Part shown: positions 61,401 to 64,000 of the stretch, piece by piece
Layout of the letters: each line of letters opens with the position of its first letter
Numbering within the stretch: position 1 is the stretch's first letter
NCBI GenBank assembly: GCA_976226885.1
Contig: OZ320316.1
Span: 24,552,001-24,616,000, forward strand
Length of the DNA stretch: 64,000 nt
Origin: Iphione sp. A-MEVVRFRX5
Taxonomy: Eukaryota
Reading direction: 5' to 3'
Program-made: the position numbers and the translations under genes
The notes under the pieces: model-generated
The model's database searches: none
What the model was told of the DNA's origin: nothing
Seen by the model: only the letters and a program-made list of their open reading frames with translations

Positions 61401-64000
61401 AGTATGTCCCAAACTACAAGAACTACAAACTGGTAAAGAGCGTATTCTAGAATCAGCGAAGGTATACCCAACACAAACACGATTTAATGCGATATACGTT
61501 CAAGAAGCCTATCAAATTGAAGACAGATTGGAACTCATATTACCCATTGAGCTAAGACGATTCATAACTGACAGGGCCAAATTCCTAATTATAGAGTACG
61601 TAGGTAGGGTGTGTTGGTTGGACAAATTGTGCAGGATGTGAAACATTAGCATTCTTATGTTCCTTTTCCAAAAGGAATTTTCGGAATAAAGAACATAGTA
61701 TATGGGCGTAACAGCTAAATACATCTGTTTTGTTAATGTGTTTTTACGTTCGTTTTTTTTTTCGTAATTTGAAATTCACACAATCAAACTTGACTATGGC
61801 GTTAGTCGCAATCCAGAATTATCAATTTGCACTTTTCGTATGCCGAAAATATTCTTCCTTTTCACCTGGATTCCTAAATTCATTATAAACTGCCTGAAAT
61901 CAGAGCCGCTTTATTGAAGTGTGCATGTAGAGGAAACCTGTACGGTTTGTCTCGGGTTTGAGATGATCGCCACTGATCAAAGGAAACCGTAGCAAGCCCT
62001 GAAAACCGCTTAGGTAAGGATCGCGTTTCCCACTGGTTACGTTAGTTCTAGAATTTGTCGTCGTGGGCAGGCGGGGGGAGTGAGGGCGCCTCGGTCGAAT
62101 CCCCAGATTAGACACTTCAGACTTAAGCAAATAGAGACTGGCGACGAGGCGTCCAGAGATGGGTTTCCTTGTGGTGAAGCCATATGCTCTGATACTAACA
62201 CCTTCCTGATACCACGATGGCAGCAGGTGGTGCCAACGTTTTTCGTCAGTCTGTCTAGCCATGCCTATCCGTCTGTTTTCTTTGAATATTCAGCTCCTGC
62301 CTTCTAACCCCGATATGCTTCGCGATTTTTGAGCATTGGATAGGTAGAATATATACATTGATAGTGCGCGATCCCGCCAAGGTCTGCACTGATTAAATAC
62401 ACACGCAGTGTCTCTTAGTGTGGCCAGCATCTATAAATCATTACCCATAGTAGCAATCTATGCAAACTTAAAGTCGGCTTTAAATACTTCCAACGTTGAG
62501 CTATAACCTGAGGTGGAACAGGAAACAGAAACACAAGGTCTCTATCGCATAGTAATGTAATTATAGCAGGGACACTCGTGGATCGCATATTGCCCAAGCT
62601 ATAGGCCTATTAATTAATTGAAACTTGGCTAAACTGTTGGGACAACATATTATCGCAGTTGCAGATGATCGTATACCTAATACCTGACTGGCTTGATAGA
62701 ATTGCCTCATCAATATAACATATTGTAGCGGTTTGGTCTCAACCCAAAATATTGCGCTTTCATTAGGTAAGGAAGGTTGGGTCTCGAGTTGGAATTATTC
62801 CAACTTGAGATGTAAGAAGGTGGAGCTCAGTGCAATCTGCAGGCATTCTAACTCAAGTCAGAACTATAGGTAATTGAGCAGTCTTAATTGTTGCTAAATT
62901 TAGAAGATGCTTGTATAACAAAGGCTAGTGTTAGAGCTAGACTTTATGTATAAAGGACTGGATTTCATGAATAAAGGGATAGTCTCTCATTGCACTTGAA
63001 GGGAGTAACACTGGACGCAGGACATGCTGGTGTGGACATTCTTTATTTCTCCAGCCAGCACTCATCCGAGACCAGGGACACGTTACAATACATACCCATC
63101 AAATGTAAGCGGTACACATATACTTAGGCCCCCTACTACAAAAATCTGTAAATGGATGATTCTTAACGACAGCTAGGAATGAGGTTGCCAGAGCGGAGGC
63201 TAGCTGCCAGAACACGTACAGGCAATGTGAACGGCGCCCCAGTTAAACGAGGCGGCTACCCTATCACGTTCCTGGGGGCCCTTCCACATACTCCCCTCCC
63301 CCCCAGCCCGTTAACAGTAGATCATTGTCCCCTCCAGTAACGATGTTTGCCGACCATGAAGGAGTCGCCGGGCGATAATGTAACCTTCGCAGGCAGCTGT
63401 AATGATTTGTCGTTGCCTGAACGGTAGATAAAGGGCTGCTGCGGTGTGTTATCAGCAATGACAACGTGTCGGATGTTCCTTATCAGTTGGCAGGCATCTC
63501 AGTCCTAGTGACACACATGGTTAGCAAGCCGATGAACCTGGGAGCGGGAGCTGGCGGAGGGAGGGAATGTGGAATAGGGAGGACATCCAACAGGAAGTCG
63601 GATTTAAGCGTTATAGGCCTATTTAGGTTTGTACGATAAAGGCGGCTGGATGTAACATAATATCAAAAAAACTACGAAATACATTTAAATTTAGAGGGGA
63701 GAAGCACTAATAGGCCCCTGCGTATCTGCGTGAGATTTATTAAGGATAATCGATTCCACAGTATTGGTTGTGTATTAATTAATAAAAAATGAGGCAATCA
63801 CTCATGTCCGTGCGCTTAAGAGCTCTGACCTTTTGCTAAACAGCAATGAAAGGTGGTGTCTAATATCATGGCTGGACGATAGTGTGACTATAGTAGAAAC
63901 AAAATTGTATCATGATTATGGCATACATGTAATTACCGAAGTTTCTGTAGGACACTGTAACGTAGATATACATATTTGGGTTTGCTTAAGATGTATTCAC

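Noticed and set aside
62060-62110. B-box-like GGTCGAATCCC suggesting a tRNA or SINE
   Set aside because: No A-box at a suitable distance and no cloverleaf.

Overview
AT-rich, microsatellite-rich eukaryotic genomic DNA, most likely from an invertebrate animal; the taxon cannot be fixed from sequence alone. It contains one assembly gap, one clear host exon (M1 aminopeptidase, minus strand, 29372-29535), several MITEs and degraded TE remnants. The main result is two near-full-length, highly diverged non-LTR retrotransposons of the CR1/L2 group on the + strand (A about 3264-9908; B about 52397-58485) that share an unusual three-ORF layout. ORF1 is a coiled coil plus an L1-type RRM, fused to a C-terminal NADAR/YbiA-like domain. 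ORF2 is a free-standing SGNH esterase. ORF3 is APE endonuclease plus reverse transcriptase. Both elements also carry the 13-mer GACATGGCGGAGT (YY1-like, opening a Met-Ala-Glu-stop uORF) upstream of ORF1, a splice-donor consensus upstream of ORF1 and acceptor-like sites in front of ORF2/ORF3, suggesting spliced subgenomic mRNAs. All domain calls are by-eye motif recognition; no searches were run, so novelty is unverified.
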